Below are positions 27,707 through 37,066 of a stretch of 64,000 nt of DNA, piece after piece. The notes under the pieces were generated by a model. It did not search any database. It worked only from the letters and a program-made list of their open reading frames with translations, and was not told the origin of the DNA. How positions within the stretch are numbered: position 1 is the stretch's first letter; each line of letters opens with the position of its first letter. This DNA is from Thermoplasmata archaeon (lineage in GTDB: Archaea > Thermoplasmatota > Thermoplasmata > UBA10834): NCBI GenBank assembly GCA_041559015.1, contig JBFFED010000001.1:2361-66360 (forward strand), in the 5' to 3' direction. Both the position numbers and the translations under genes were made by a program.

Positions 27707-29041
27707 TCACCCGGAGAGCGTCTTAAGCATCTTCGGCAGGCCCGAGGACTCCCTCGGGCCCACGACCACCTTCATGTCTGTCAGCTCGTTCAGCTTCCCG
27801 CTCATCCTGGTGACCATGCCCGGGATGACTATCTCGTTCCTGGTGCACTTCTCCTTGACCTTCTCCGCCTCTATGAGCGTCGCGACCGACTCCGGCGTCA
27901 GCTTGCCCGCGGCGAACGCGGTCATGACCGACTGGCCGTCGGTGTCGACCACCAGGAGCCAGACGGGGAGCTTGCTCTTCTCTATGTCCGCGCGCACAGT
28001 GAAGTACGTCAGCGAGAAGTTGGTGGTGAACAGCAGGGGCGAGCTGCCTGTGGGCTCGCCCACCGTGTACAGGCCCGCCTTGACCTGTATCGGCACCTGC
28101 GGGTCCGTGAATATGTTCTGCCTCAGCGCCATGAGCGGGTAGACGAACTCCGGGGGCATCTCGTCCATGAGCACCACGGATGAGTACTTCATGACCCCGA
28201 GGACAGCCTTCATCCTGTCCCCTTCGGAAGTGCCGAGAACCGATATGGTCGGATACCCGAGGGGCCTGAACTTCTTCTTCACCGCCGCACGCCTGATGAT
28301 AGTCATGTTCTCCAGCATCTGCCCCGCGGACGACCCCTTGGGCTCCAGCACCAGGTCCGAAACGCCAGCCTTCTTCGCCTTGTCCGCGAGTTCGGCGAGC
28401 TTGCCCAGGTCATCGGCCCCTCCGACCACGAGCGGGAACCCGCACGCCTTCGCCGCCTGGACCATCGCATCGAAGTTGTCCGGGGTCGCCCTGTAGAGCA
28501 GCGGCCTCGCCTCGGCGCACGCAGAAGCGGCCTCTGACATCAGCTTCGGGTCCTCCGTCATGAGCACTACCGGGACGGTCATGGTCGAGGCGTACTTCGC
28601 GGCCTCGAGGAAGTCATCCGGGGTGCCGCTCGAGTGCCTGACGGCCACGGAGTCTATCCTAATCATCTGCCCGACGCGCTCGTAGTAGGTGGCCTTCGCG
28701 TCCTGCATCTTCGCCTTCATCTTCTCGAGGCCCTCGGAGTCGTCGGCTATCACGCCGAGCACAGTCGGGTGGTAGAACGTCTTGTCGTGCCTGAACAGCT
28801 GCGTCTCGTCCCCGATCTTGGCGGGCGAGCCGCTCCAGCCGAATGAGACGAGCCTCACCGGAGGCGCCCCGCTCTCCTCCAGGACGGTCTTGGCCTCGGG
28901 GCTGACGTACGGGCACGCCTCCAGGGCCACCTTCTGGTTTGCCAGCTGCATGGCGAACGCCAGGCAGGTGGGGAACTTGCACTCCCCGCAGTTCTTCTTT
29001 GGGAGGAGCTTGTAAATCTCCATCGCGGTCGGCACGCTCAT
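27707..29041 (-). CDS. acsC: Corrinoid iron-sulfur protein large subunit (AcsC/CdhE, acetyl-CoA decarbonylase/synthase gamma)
   Basis: N-terminal 4Fe-4S motif …KKNCGECKFPTCLAFAMQLA… followed by TIM-barrel and corrinoid-binding regions. Internal ATG (MSVPTAMEIYKLLP) forms an ATGA overlap with the acsD stop. Confidence 0.9.
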   Translation of the reverse strand: MSVPTAMEIYKLLPKKNCGECKFPTCLAFAMQLANQKVALEACPYVSPEAKTVLEESGAPPVRLVSFGWSGSPAKIGDETQLFRHDKTFYHPTVLGVIADDSEGLEKMKAKMQDAKATYYERVGQMIRIDSVAVRHSSGTPDDFLEAAKYASTMTVPVVLMTEDPKLMSEAASACAEARPLLYRATPDNFDAMVQAAKACGFPLVVGGADDLGKLAELADKAKKAGVSDLVLEPKGSSAGQMLENMTIIRRAAVKKKFRPLGYPTISVLGTSEGDRMKAVLGVMKYSSVVLMDEMPPEFVYPLMALRQNIFTDPQVPIQVKAGLYTVGEPTGSSPLLFTTNFSLTYFTVRADIEKSKLPVWLLVVDTDGQSVMTAFAAGKLTPESVATLIEAEKVKEKCTRNEIVIPGMVTRMSGKLNELTDMKVVVGPRESSGLPKMLKTLSG

Positions 29042-29991
29042 CCACCTCCCGCGAGGTCCTTGGCGGCCTGCCGGAAGAGCGTGACCGATTCGGGATGTCT
29101 CATGATGACGATATCCGCCCCCGCGACGACAGCGGAGTAGGCCGTGATGGCCTCCCAGTAGACGCCCCTCTCGTGGCGCGGGCCCTTCTTCGGGTCCTCC
29201 TCCATCACGTCCGGGACACCCCAGGCGCACGACGCGTCACATATGATCGGCATCTGCAGGACAGGGTCCCCTGAGAGGGCGCCCTGCCTGAGCCGCTCGA
29301 TGACTGAGTAGGAGTACTCGAGCCCCATGCCCAGCGCGGCCATCAGCGGGTCGATGATGATATTCTCAGGCTTCACGCCGAAATCGAGCAGCAGGATGTT
29401 CATCTGCTTCGCCAGGTTGATGTCCAGGTTGGAGAACGCGACCATCCCGTGCCCGTTGGCCATCGACGCGGCCGCGAGGGACTTGAAAGCCTTCTCCTCC
29501 GCGAGCCCGATGAAGAGCCGCTCGCCCTTGCCGGCGTTCGATACCGCCTCCATCAGCTTCGCGTCCTTCTCCTCGGAACCACACCCGTAGACGAGCATGG
29601 GCAGCGACACCGACTTCAGGACCTCCTTGAAGAGCGACTCGCACTCCTCGACCGGCCTGTTCTCTTCCTCGGGGTTGGCGGATGCGAGCCTCAGTAGGAG
29701 GGCGTCCGCGCCCCACTCCTTCTCGCACTTCCTGGCCCACTCCACTGGTTCCTTCGCGATCGAGCCCATGGACCCGAGCAGCGCCTCCGGGACGAGCCTG
29801 GGCGTATCCACGACGTCCATGACCACCGCGGGCGGGCGCGAGACATGGCTCTCGAACCTGTTGAACGGCAGCCCGTCCGAGCCCCCTATCACGATGCTCG
29901 AGCTCCTCGTCCCGCCCTGCTCCTTGGTCGCGCCTATGACGACCTCCCGTATCTTGCCCGCAAATCGTTCCTTCGGCACATCGAAATCCAT
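29038..29991 (-). CDS. acsD: Corrinoid iron-sulfur protein small subunit (AcsD/CdhD, delta subunit)
   Basis: 317 aa TIM-barrel protein matching CdhD/AcsD patterns. Sits directly between acsAB and acsC. Confidence 0.85.
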   Translation of the reverse strand: MDFDVPKERFAGKIREVVIGATKEQGGTRSSSIVIGGSDGLPFNRFESHVSRPPAVVMDVVDTPRLVPEALLGSMGSIAKEPVEWARKCEKEWGADALLLRLASANPEEENRPVEECESLFKEVLKSVSLPMLVYGCGSEEKDAKLMEAVSNAGKGERLFIGLAEEKAFKSLAAASMANGHGMVAFSNLDINLAKQMNILLLDFGVKPENIIIDPLMAALGMGLEYSYSVIERLRQGALSGDPVLQMPIICDASCAWGVPDVMEEDPKKGPRHERGVYWEAITAYSAVVAGADIVIMRHPESVTLFRQAAKDLAGGG

Positions 29992-30009
29992 AGCTGTTCC
30001 CCCAGTACC

Positions 30010-33000
30010 TCACTTGATCATAGGTTCCATCGACAAGGCCGGGTGCTGCACCTTCGTCATCCACTCTATGAGCTCCTCCGGCGTCTTGGCGACCGTCTCG
30101 TCCGCGATCTTGTCCACGAAATCGGGCACGCCTACCTCCTCCGAGCGCCTCTTGAGCTCCTCCTTCATGGCCTCCTTGAGGTCCTTCGGCATCCAGACGA
30201 TCCTGAGGAAGCCCCCGTCCGCGCTGATGAACTTCTTGCTGGTGAGGTACTTCCTGCCGATCCCGATGAACCCGGGGGTCTGTATGCCTCCCCCGACCGA
30301 GCCGGCGAGGGTGGAGAAGGTCATACCCATGGGCGTCATGCCAGGGAACTCCCGGTTCACCACCACGACGCCCTGAAGGTCGGGCGACATCCCCACGATG
30401 CACTCGAAGCAGCCACAGGACGTCATCGGGTCCTCGACCATCGTGTAAGCGCTGAACTTCTGTAGCTTGCCGTGGGTCTTCTCAGCGACCGCTTCGTTGA
30501 CGCCCGTCCACTGGCCCTTGACCTCGTCTACTGTCTGCTTCTTGGGCACGGGGCTATTGGGCCCAGTCGGCGCTATCTGGAACGAGGCCTTCGCGTCGAG
30601 CCAGTTGATGGCGCCGCACAGCCCGAGCCTCTCGGGCGTGACTATGCACACGTGCCCCGGGGCGAAGCTCTGGCACAGGGTGCATGTGTAGAATATGTCC
30701 ACGTTCTCGTCCGTCAGGGTCGCGATCCTCGCGTCCCTCTCCTCGTACGCGGCCTTCGCCTCGTCTACATGCTTCCTCAGCTCGGCCTCGTCCGTGATTA
30801 TGGTGACCTCGACCTTGGAGACTATGGCCCCGAATTCCTGCTTGAGCTTGGTCGCGAGAATCTCCCCGAAGTGCTTCAGCCTCAGACCGCTCTTGAACGC
30901 GGACTTGCTTAGCCTGACCCAGAGCAGGTTCCTCTGGCCGGTGTGCCACCCGCCCTCGGCGAAGTTGATGAATTGGTGGAACCTGCGTTCCAGCACCGGC
31001 TCGAAGTCCGGCTGCATGTTCTTGCCGTAGACATGGACTATGATGCCCAGGTGGGTCGAGCCGCCCTCGGGCATCTCGTCGACGTCCTTGCCTATGAGAG
31101 TAACCTTGCCGTCCGAGACCTCCTCCGGGCCGCGCATCCTCAGTAGCTCGAACGCGAGCGTCTTGGACGGGCCGCCGGCCTCGATGTGCATGTCCGGCCT
31201 CCTGATGGTCTCGCCCTCAAACGCAGGGCCGTAAGGAACCGGGAGGTCCATCGCCCCTAGCTTTATCCTGCAGCCCCTGACCTCGATTGCGGTCGCAATC
31301 ATCTCGTCCAAGTTCTTCTGGACGACGTACTTGTCGGGGATGGGCTCGACGTCCTGGTCGGTGATTGTCGGCGAGCCGTTGAACATGACCGCGAACTCCG
31401 CGGCGACCTTGATGTGGTCGAGCGGTCCCAGCTGGAGCACGAACACCTTGGGCCTCTTGGAGAGGTAGTTGTACAGTCCTTCCCGGTCACCCTTCTGTAT
31501 GCCCCCGAACGAGAGCGCTGCCCTGATGGCGAAGTTCAGGCCGTGGATGGCCTGTGTGAACTCCCCCACTGGATAGAGCATCCTGTCAAGGCCCATCGAG
31601 ATACTCTCGTCCTTGAGCTGCTTGATGATGTCGTAGGTCGCGATTATGAGCATGCCCTTGTTCTGGCAGTCCCTGATCATGGCCGCCAGCTTCTTTGGGT
31701 CGCTTGCGCGCCCGACGAACACGGCCGCCCCAGGTATCGTGTCGTCGACGAAGGCGATCCCCAGCTGCCTCAGTATCCTGTCCGGGACGAACCCGCAGTA
31801 CATCGTCCCCTCGTAGGGTGTCTGTGTCTCGATGTACTTGAGCGCCTCGACTATCTCTGCGGCAATCATGGTCGCCTCGCCAGAGGCGACCGCCGCCTCG
31901 AATGTCGGCTCCTCCCTTATCTTGCCCCTCGCCTCGCCCAGGAGCATCGGCAGGTCCCCCAGTCGGGTGCAGTCCCTTCCCAGCCAGGCGAACAGGCTTG
32001 GGAGCTGGTAGCCGGTCTCCGGGAACTCGATCTTCTGGTCGGGGCCGTACTTCCTCAGCGCCCTGCTCAGGAGCACATCAGCGTAACCCGTCGCGATTAT
32101 CGAGCCCTCGATGGCCATCTTGAAGAGCTTTGCGTTCGTGACCTTCTCCCCGGTCGGGACATAATGCGATGCGCGCTCCACCTCGGGGTCCGTGAGGTCC
32201 AGCCGCCAGCGCCTGTACTCGATTGCGGAGTAGAGCCTCTTGGCGGCCTCGTGCCCGTCCTCCTCGAATATGAAGTACCCGCCGTAGACGTCCCTTGCGG
32301 TGTTCTCGAGCACCTCGGTGACGAGCGTGCTCCCGTAAAGGTAGTTCATCGTGCCGACATGGACCGGGAAGCCCATCGTAACCGCCCATGTGCCGATGGA
32401 GACTGCCTTCTCGTGCATCGCCTCCGGGGCGATGGCCACGAAGGGTATCTGGTGGATGTCGACACCCATCCGGTTCGCCACCTCGGTCGCGAGGTTAGAA
32501 TAACGGGGGTTGTCCACGCACGAGCCTATGTGCCACACGCACGGGAGGCCCTCCAGCCCCGAGGCATCCGCGAGCTCCGCAAGGAAGGACTGGAGTCCTT
32601 CGCCCGCGAACTCCTTCGCCTTCGCGGGGTCCATGAACCCGCCTTTCGCGAGCTCGATCGCGTTGCACCCGGTGGTGAGGAGGAGCACATCCCTCTTCGC
32701 CAGCTCTCGCGCTATGGTGAGTACGTCGGAGTCCTCCTTCGCGCGGGTGTTCTTGCACCCGGCGAAGAGCGCTAGCCCGCGGATCCTGCCCTTGACTATG
32801 CAGTCTACCAGGAACTGGAACGGGTCCTCACGATTCTTCTTTGAGAACAGCTCCTTGATCTGCTCGACGCTGAACCCGGCCATCACCGCCGCCGGCTTCA
32901 CGTCCGGTAGGCGCCTGATCTTCCCACGGTGCCTGTATGCCTCCGCTGCGAGTATGAGCACGTCGCGCGCTGAGGCCTTGGCCCGCTCTGGCGTGAACTC

Positions 33001-34209
33001 GATATGCGTGTCCCCGGGGAGCCGGGCGATCTCCTCCGTGCTGATGATCCTGGTGTGGGTGCACCTCGCGAGCTGTGAGAGCGACGGCATGAAGCACTGG
33101 TAATCGAGCACCATCGCGTCCAGCAGGCCGCTCAGGAGGACCAGCTCCTGGGAGGTCACGTTCGCGGCCAACGGGACGCCCTTCCTCATGAGGGTCTCGT
33201 TCCCCGTGCAGCACACACCGACTATGTTGAAGCCCTGCGCGCCGGCCTTGGTCGCGATCTCCTTCATCTCCCTCGCCGCGTCGACCATGATGTCGCTCAA
33301 GAGCGGGTTGTGTCCGTGGACCGCTATGTTGATTGACTTCTCGTCGAGCACGCCCAGATTCGCGCGGCTGAGGATCATCTTCGGCGTGCCGAACAGGACG
33401 TCGCTGAGGTCTGAGGATATCTGGGCGCCAGTGTAATCCGCCAAGGAGCACTTGATGCCCCCGAACAGGAGGGGGATCGGGTCGGCGTCGACACCCATGG
33501 CAGTCCGATGAATCACATCTGATATCGCCGTCTCGATGTTGGTCGGCAGGACAGCATGGGTATCCCACAGATGCATCCTTCCGCGCGTCACTCTGCTCTT
33601 GAGGAAGGAGAGCGGCTCGTGCGTGAACCTCGAGTAATCGTCGAGCGCTGCGAGGGATACCGCTTCCGCGAGGGCCATGCCATCCTTATCAGTTTCCTGG
33701 ATGCCCAGCTTCTTCGCCAACGCCTCCAGCCTGACCTCGTCCGTCACTTTGTAGTCCTTGACCTCACCCTTGGACACTGCGTGCAGCACATGGGCTATCT
33801 CCTTGCCGTGGCCGGAGTGCGAGGCAGTGCCCCCGGCGATCATGCGCACCAGATGCCGGGCGACTATCGTGTAGTCCCGCGCGCCGCATATGCCGCTGGT
33901 CGGCTCCTTGCCCATCGGGTTGATTCTGCACGGCCCCTGGAGACATATCTTACAGCACAGCCCGAGGGACCCGAACCTGCACTGAGCGCCCTGGTTGGCC
34001 GCTCTGTCCGGGAGCGTCTCGATTCCAGCTGCGTGCAGGTCGGTGAACATGGTCGTGCACGAATCGTCCCAGAAGTCGCACGACCACTTCGATTTCTTGT
34101 CAGTCCGCTCCTTCTCGCCCGGTGGTCTCTCGTTCTCGCCAGTGGTCACCCAGACAGCACTCCTAGTTCGCAATGGCGCATGTGGCAACCACTGATAGGC
34201 CCGAGCCAT
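30010..34209 (-). CDS. acsAB: Single-polypeptide fusion of Ni-CODH catalytic subunit (CooS/AcsA-type) and full-length bacterial-type acetyl-CoA synthase (AcsB)
   Basis: Continuous 1399-aa ORF. N-terminal half has CooS signatures (QCRFGSLGLCCKICLQGPCRINP, …SHSGHGKE…, …VHGHNP…, …GVCCTGNE…, …VWHIGSCVDN…). From about residue 685 it parallels Moorella AcsB residue-for-residue (…AIRTYGPD…, …GPAFEGE(S/T)IR…, …TCTLCQSFAPGHVCIVTPER…, A-cluster …TSCGCFEC…, …HPALSMEPM). Confidence 0.85.
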   Translation of the reverse strand: MARAYQWLPHAPLRTRSAVWVTTGENERPPGEKERTDKKSKWSCDFWDDSCTTMFTDLHAAGIETLPDRAANQGAQCRFGSLGLCCKICLQGPCRINPMGKEPTSGICGARDYTIVARHLVRMIAGGTASHSGHGKEIAHVLHAVSKGEVKDYKVTDEVRLEALAKKLGIQETDKDGMALAEAVSLAALDDYSRFTHEPLSFLKSRVTRGRMHLWDTHAVLPTNIETAISDVIHRTAMGVDADPIPLLFGGIKCSLADYTGAQISSDLSDVLFGTPKMILSRANLGVLDEKSINIAVHGHNPLLSDIMVDAAREMKEIATKAGAQGFNIVGVCCTGNETLMRKGVPLAANVTSQELVLLSGLLDAMVLDYQCFMPSLSQLARCTHTRIISTEEIARLPGDTHIEFTPERAKASARDVLILAAEAYRHRGKIRRLPDVKPAAVMAGFSVEQIKELFSKKNREDPFQFLVDCIVKGRIRGLALFAGCKNTRAKEDSDVLTIARELAKRDVLLLTTGCNAIELAKGGFMDPAKAKEFAGEGLQSFLAELADASGLEGLPCVWHIGSCVDNPRYSNLATEVANRMGVDIHQIPFVAIAPEAMHEKAVSIGTWAVTMGFPVHVGTMNYLYGSTLVTEVLENTARDVYGGYFIFEEDGHEAAKRLYSAIEYRRWRLDLTDPEVERASHYVPTGEKVTNAKLFKMAIEGSIIATGYADVLLSRALRKYGPDQKIEFPETGYQLPSLFAWLGRDCTRLGDLPMLLGEARGKIREEPTFEAAVASGEATMIAAEIVEALKYIETQTPYEGTMYCGFVPDRILRQLGIAFVDDTIPGAAVFVGRASDPKKLAAMIRDCQNKGMLIIATYDIIKQLKDESISMGLDRMLYPVGEFTQAIHGLNFAIRAALSFGGIQKGDREGLYNYLSKRPKVFVLQLGPLDHIKVAAEFAVMFNGSPTITDQDVEPIPDKYVVQKNLDEMIATAIEVRGCRIKLGAMDLPVPYGPAFEGETIRRPDMHIEAGGPSKTLAFELLRMRGPEEVSDGKVTLIGKDVDEMPEGGSTHLGIIVHVYGKNMQPDFEPVLERRFHQFINFAEGGWHTGQRNLLWVRLSKSAFKSGLRLKHFGEILATKLKQEFGAIVSKVEVTIITDEAELRKHVDEAKAAYEERDARIATLTDENVDIFYTCTLCQSFAPGHVCIVTPERLGLCGAINWLDAKASFQIAPTGPNSPVPKKQTVDEVKGQWTGVNEAVAEKTHGKLQKFSAYTMVEDPMTSCGCFECIVGMSPDLQGVVVVNREFPGMTPMGMTFSTLAGSVGGGIQTPGFIGIGRKYLTSKKFISADGGFLRIVWMPKDLKEAMKEELKRRSEEVGVPDFVDKIADETVAKTPEELIEWMTKVQHPALSMEPMIK

Positions 34210-34537
34210 GAGTATGGGGGTTCCGCGGGTCGTCTAGCAAGCTGTTCGAAAAGCCGTCCACCGGAAACGCACCCCGTCGGAGGGCGGAGGCGCCGGCGGA
34301 GAAGACCGAGTCTCCACAACGCCCCCAAACGCGGTAGCCAAGACAAATGTCCGGATATTCCGTTGGCTCCAGCCCCCCATTCTCAAAGTATCTGGCCAAG
34401 TGTTGGATGTTGCCTCAGCGCTCGGCATTCGACGAATGCATATGATGCTACTAAAACATTGTTGTTTGACGATGTTCGGCCCTTGCCGATTGCAGGGTTG
34501 GCTGGAGCCGAGCCGGACGGGCGGGTTCTGGATGGGG

Positions 34538-35335
34538 CTAGGGCTGCATGTTCCTTGAAATGGCGTTCGAAAGCTGTCGGACGGACTCAATCCACTCATC
34601 GGCCCCTGGCCCAGCGAATGGTGACCCCCCAGCCAGGTCAGCGGAGGCGACGGTCTCCGAGCGCGGGAGCGCGAAGATGAGCTCCAGCCCACGTCCGGCC
34701 AAGCCACGTTTGACCGAGGCCTTCTCGCCTTCGTTCGCAACCCGGTTCGCGACGACCGCGACCTTGCGTACGCCCATCTCCCCCGCCAGCTCGGCTATCC
34801 TGGCGGCGGTCTCACTCGACCGTGAGCCAGGTTCCACTACAACCAGTAGAAGGTCGACGCCCCGGCAGGTCGCCCGGCCGAACTGCTCAAGCCCGGCCTC
34901 CATGTCCACGACCACGTACTCGTCCCGCTCCAGCACCACGTGCTCGAGCAGGCCCCTCAGGAGGGCGTTCTCGGGGCAGAAACAGCCGCTCCCGGCGGCT
35001 TTGATCGTCCCGAGGACGAGGAGCCGCACGCCGTCCGCCCCGACCCTCGAGTATCTCTCTGGGATGTCGTCCACTCTCGGGTTGAGCTTGAAGAACGGGC
35101 CGGTGCTCGTCCCCGGCCTTGCGCCTGTGCGCTCCTCTATAAGGTCCAACTCGGAGGATATCGGCTGGGGTACGTCCCCCGCATGTATCTCGAGCACCGT
35201 CCTCAGGTGGGCGGCGGGGTCGGCGTCCACCGCCAGCACCCTGTTGCCCTGTCTCGCCCACACTCTGGCCAGCGAGCCGGCGACGGTCGTCTTACCCACG
35301 CCGCCCTTGCCCGAGACGGCTACCTTGAGACCCAA
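34538..35335 (-). CDS. acsF: Second CooC-family nickel-insertion ATPase (AcsF-like, ACS maturation)
   Basis: VSGKGGVGKTT deviant Walker A. CxC motif GSGCFCPEN. 265 aa. Paralog of the cooC at 26945. Confidence 0.85.
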   Translation of the reverse strand: MGLKVAVSGKGGVGKTTVAGSLARVWARQGNRVLAVDADPAAHLRTVLEIHAGDVPQPISSELDLIEERTGARPGTSTGPFFKLNPRVDDIPERYSRVGADGVRLLVLGTIKAAGSGCFCPENALLRGLLEHVVLERDEYVVVDMEAGLEQFGRATCRGVDLLLVVVEPGSRSSETAARIAELAGEMGVRKVAVVANRVANEGEKASVKRGLAGRGLELIFALPRSETVASADLAGGSPFAGPGADEWIESVRQLSNAISRNMQP

Positions 35336-35339
35336 ACTA

Positions 35340-35537
35340 TCAGGCCTTCCTGGGCCTGAGGAGTATCTCGTGCCTCACAAGGTTCGCCTCGGCGAGCTCG
35401 ACGTCCTTGACCGTCCGGATATCGCCCAGGGTGTCCACGCAGTTGATGTCGTTCCCTACAACAAGCACCCTCGCTGCCTCTTGCATGATGAGGTGTTTCT
35501 CAGAACCCTTGACTAGGTAGACCGCAGACTCACACAT
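35340..35537 (-). CDS. cooT: CooT-like small nickel-binding CODH accessory protein (about 65 aa)
   Basis: Internal ATG gives MCESAVYLVKGSEKHLIMQEAARVLVVGNDINCVDTLGDIRTV…. Met-Cys start, size and beta-rich pattern match R. rubrum CooT (MCMAKVVLTK…). Sits between the ACT gene and acsF. Confidence 0.5.
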   Translation of the reverse strand: MCESAVYLVKGSEKHLIMQEAARVLVVGNDINCVDTLGDIRTVKDVELAEANLVRHEILLRPRKA

Positions 35538-35579
35538 TGCATATACCCCACGGAGTCCGGTGCTCACGAGCACATGCGG

Positions 35580-35984
35580 TTAGTCGACTGAGCACTCGGC
35601 TATCTGTCCCGCGACCTTCTTGGCCTTCTCGTAATCGTCCACGACGAACACGAACCTCAGCCTGTCGCCCTTCTGCCCAAGAAGGTAGCTCGTCCTCAAC
35701 TGCACCCCGTTGTCGACGAGGTACCTGGCCGCGCGCACCCACTGCCCCGGCCTGTTGAACATGTCTATGACGAGGACCTTCCTCTCGCTGAAGGGCAGGT
35801 CGGCCTTCATGAAGGCCCTCCGGCACTCCTCGTCGCAGCCGGTGAGGAACCTGATGAAATACTTGTCCTCGATCTTCGCGGTGGCAATCGTGTCCAGGTT
35901 TATGTGCTGCTCCGCGAGCAGCGCGACCGTGTCGAGAAGGTCCTTGCTGTCCCCAGATAGCGTCAGTTCGAATTCGGTTGTCAT
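35580..35984 (-). CDS. ACT-domain-containing protein (first gene of the acs operon)
   Basis: Two ACT-like beta-alpha-beta-beta-alpha-beta units (…ELTLSGDSKDLLDTVALLAEQHINLDTIA…, …RLRFVFVVDDYEKAKKVAG…). Confidence 0.55.
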   Translation of the reverse strand: MTTEFELTLSGDSKDLLDTVALLAEQHINLDTIATAKIEDKYFIRFLTGCDEECRRAFMKADLPFSERKVLVIDMFNRPGQWVRAARYLVDNGVQLRTSYLLGQKGDRLRFVFVVDDYEKAKKVAGQIAECSVD

Positions 35985-36023
35985 CGAATCTCCCCCGTAG
36001 TGCCGCTGGACTGGTATTGTGCT

Positions 36024-36040
36024 GTTATCTATTTATTCTG
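36024..36040 (-). promoter_or_regulatory. Putative archaeal TATA box/BRE for the acs operon
   Basis: On the minus strand, ggtacagAATAAATAGataac lies about 45 nt upstream of the ACT-gene ATG, in an otherwise GC-rich genome. Confidence 0.3.
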
Positions 36041-36313
36041 TACCCCCAAGATTCCGAGCGCCGAGAAAAGACCCGTCTGAAACTTCTGGAGTTCGTCGAC
36101 GCTCCTGTGACATATCATGGCATGCCACATTAGAGCTATCGAAACAGTTTCAACTCGGCGGACAGATGGTCGAAAACAGTGTTCGTGGTCGGGCGCTCCG
36201 CGCTCTCAGCGCATGCCGCATCGGAGAGGGCCTGCGTAAAGGCACAAGTCAATTAACCCGATGCACGGATGCGGAGCACAGCTGGGACTTCGGGGAGGAG
36301 CGCAGGTTTGAGA

Positions 36314-37066
36314 GTGTCCTTCGACAGGATAGCCGACAAATACGACGAGACGAGGTCGCTCCCGAAGGACACCATGGACCAGGTCGTCGACGCCCTTGAG
36401 ATGGTCGTCGACAGCAGAAAAACCATCCTGGACGTCGGGGTGGGCACAGGGAGGTTCGGCCACCCTCTCCAGGTCCGAGGGCAGGATATCGTGGGGATCG
36501 ACATCTCCGGGCCCATGCTGGATAAGGCCAGGGCCAAGGGGATCGAGGATCTCGTGAGGGCCGATGTGTGTCAGATGCCGTTCATGGACAAGGCATTCGG
36601 GGTCTCGATGAGCGTGCATCTGCTGCACCTTGTGTCCGAATGGAGGTGCGCTCTGGCAGAGGTAGCGCGGGTGACCTCCGAGAGATTCGTCACCGTGGCG
36701 TCGTTCCGAGAGGACTCGCCCGCGGAGCTGATGAGGCTCTACTACGAGGAGAGGTGCAAGGAGCTTGGGCACGAGGTCCGCCACCCTGGCCTCAGGGAGA
36801 GGGAGCTCAAGGACCTCCTGAAGCCGGACCTCGTCTCCCTCGTCGCAGTGCATGAGGAGCTCATAAGCCCCAAAGAGCGCCTCGACGGGTTCGCCAGGAA
36901 GACCTACTCCAGCCAATGGCCCGTGCCCGAGGACATACACGCCAAGGCGATTGAGGCTGTGAGGATGGAGTTCGCAGATGTCGAGTCGCTCCTTGAGCGG
37001 GAGGGCATATTCCTCATAGCCTGGAAGATCGGCACGCTGGAGAGGTTCCTCGCCGAGAGCGTCTGA
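36314..37066 (+). CDS. Class I SAM-dependent methyltransferase
   Basis: Motif I LDVGVGTGRFG and …DISGPML… (Methyltransf_11/25-like). In-frame GTG at about 36314; the track ORF starts at 36269. Confidence 0.7.
   Translation: MSFDRIADKYDETRSLPKDTMDQVVDALEMVVDSRKTILDVGVGTGRFGHPLQVRGQDIVGIDISGPMLDKARAKGIEDLVRADVCQMPFMDKAFGVSMSVHLLHLVSEWRCALAEVARVTSERFVTVASFREDSPAELMRLYYEERCKELGHEVRHPGLRERELKDLLKPDLVSLVAVHEELISPKERLDGFARKTYSSQWPVPEDIHAKAIEAVRMEFADVESLLEREGIFLIAWKIGTLERFLAESV

Noticed and set aside
29366-30403. 345-aa minus ORF spanning the acsD/acsAB junction, and the 453-aa plus ORF at 31414..32775 inside acsAB
   Set aside because: Alternate-frame or antisense shadows of strongly supported CODH/ACS genes. 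Gly/Arg/Pro-rich translations.
34548-35516. 322-aa plus-strand ORF antisense to the acsF-like gene
   Set aside because: No motifs and low-complexity Ser/Pro/Ala-rich. The acsF-like frame has the CooC P-loop and CxC motif.
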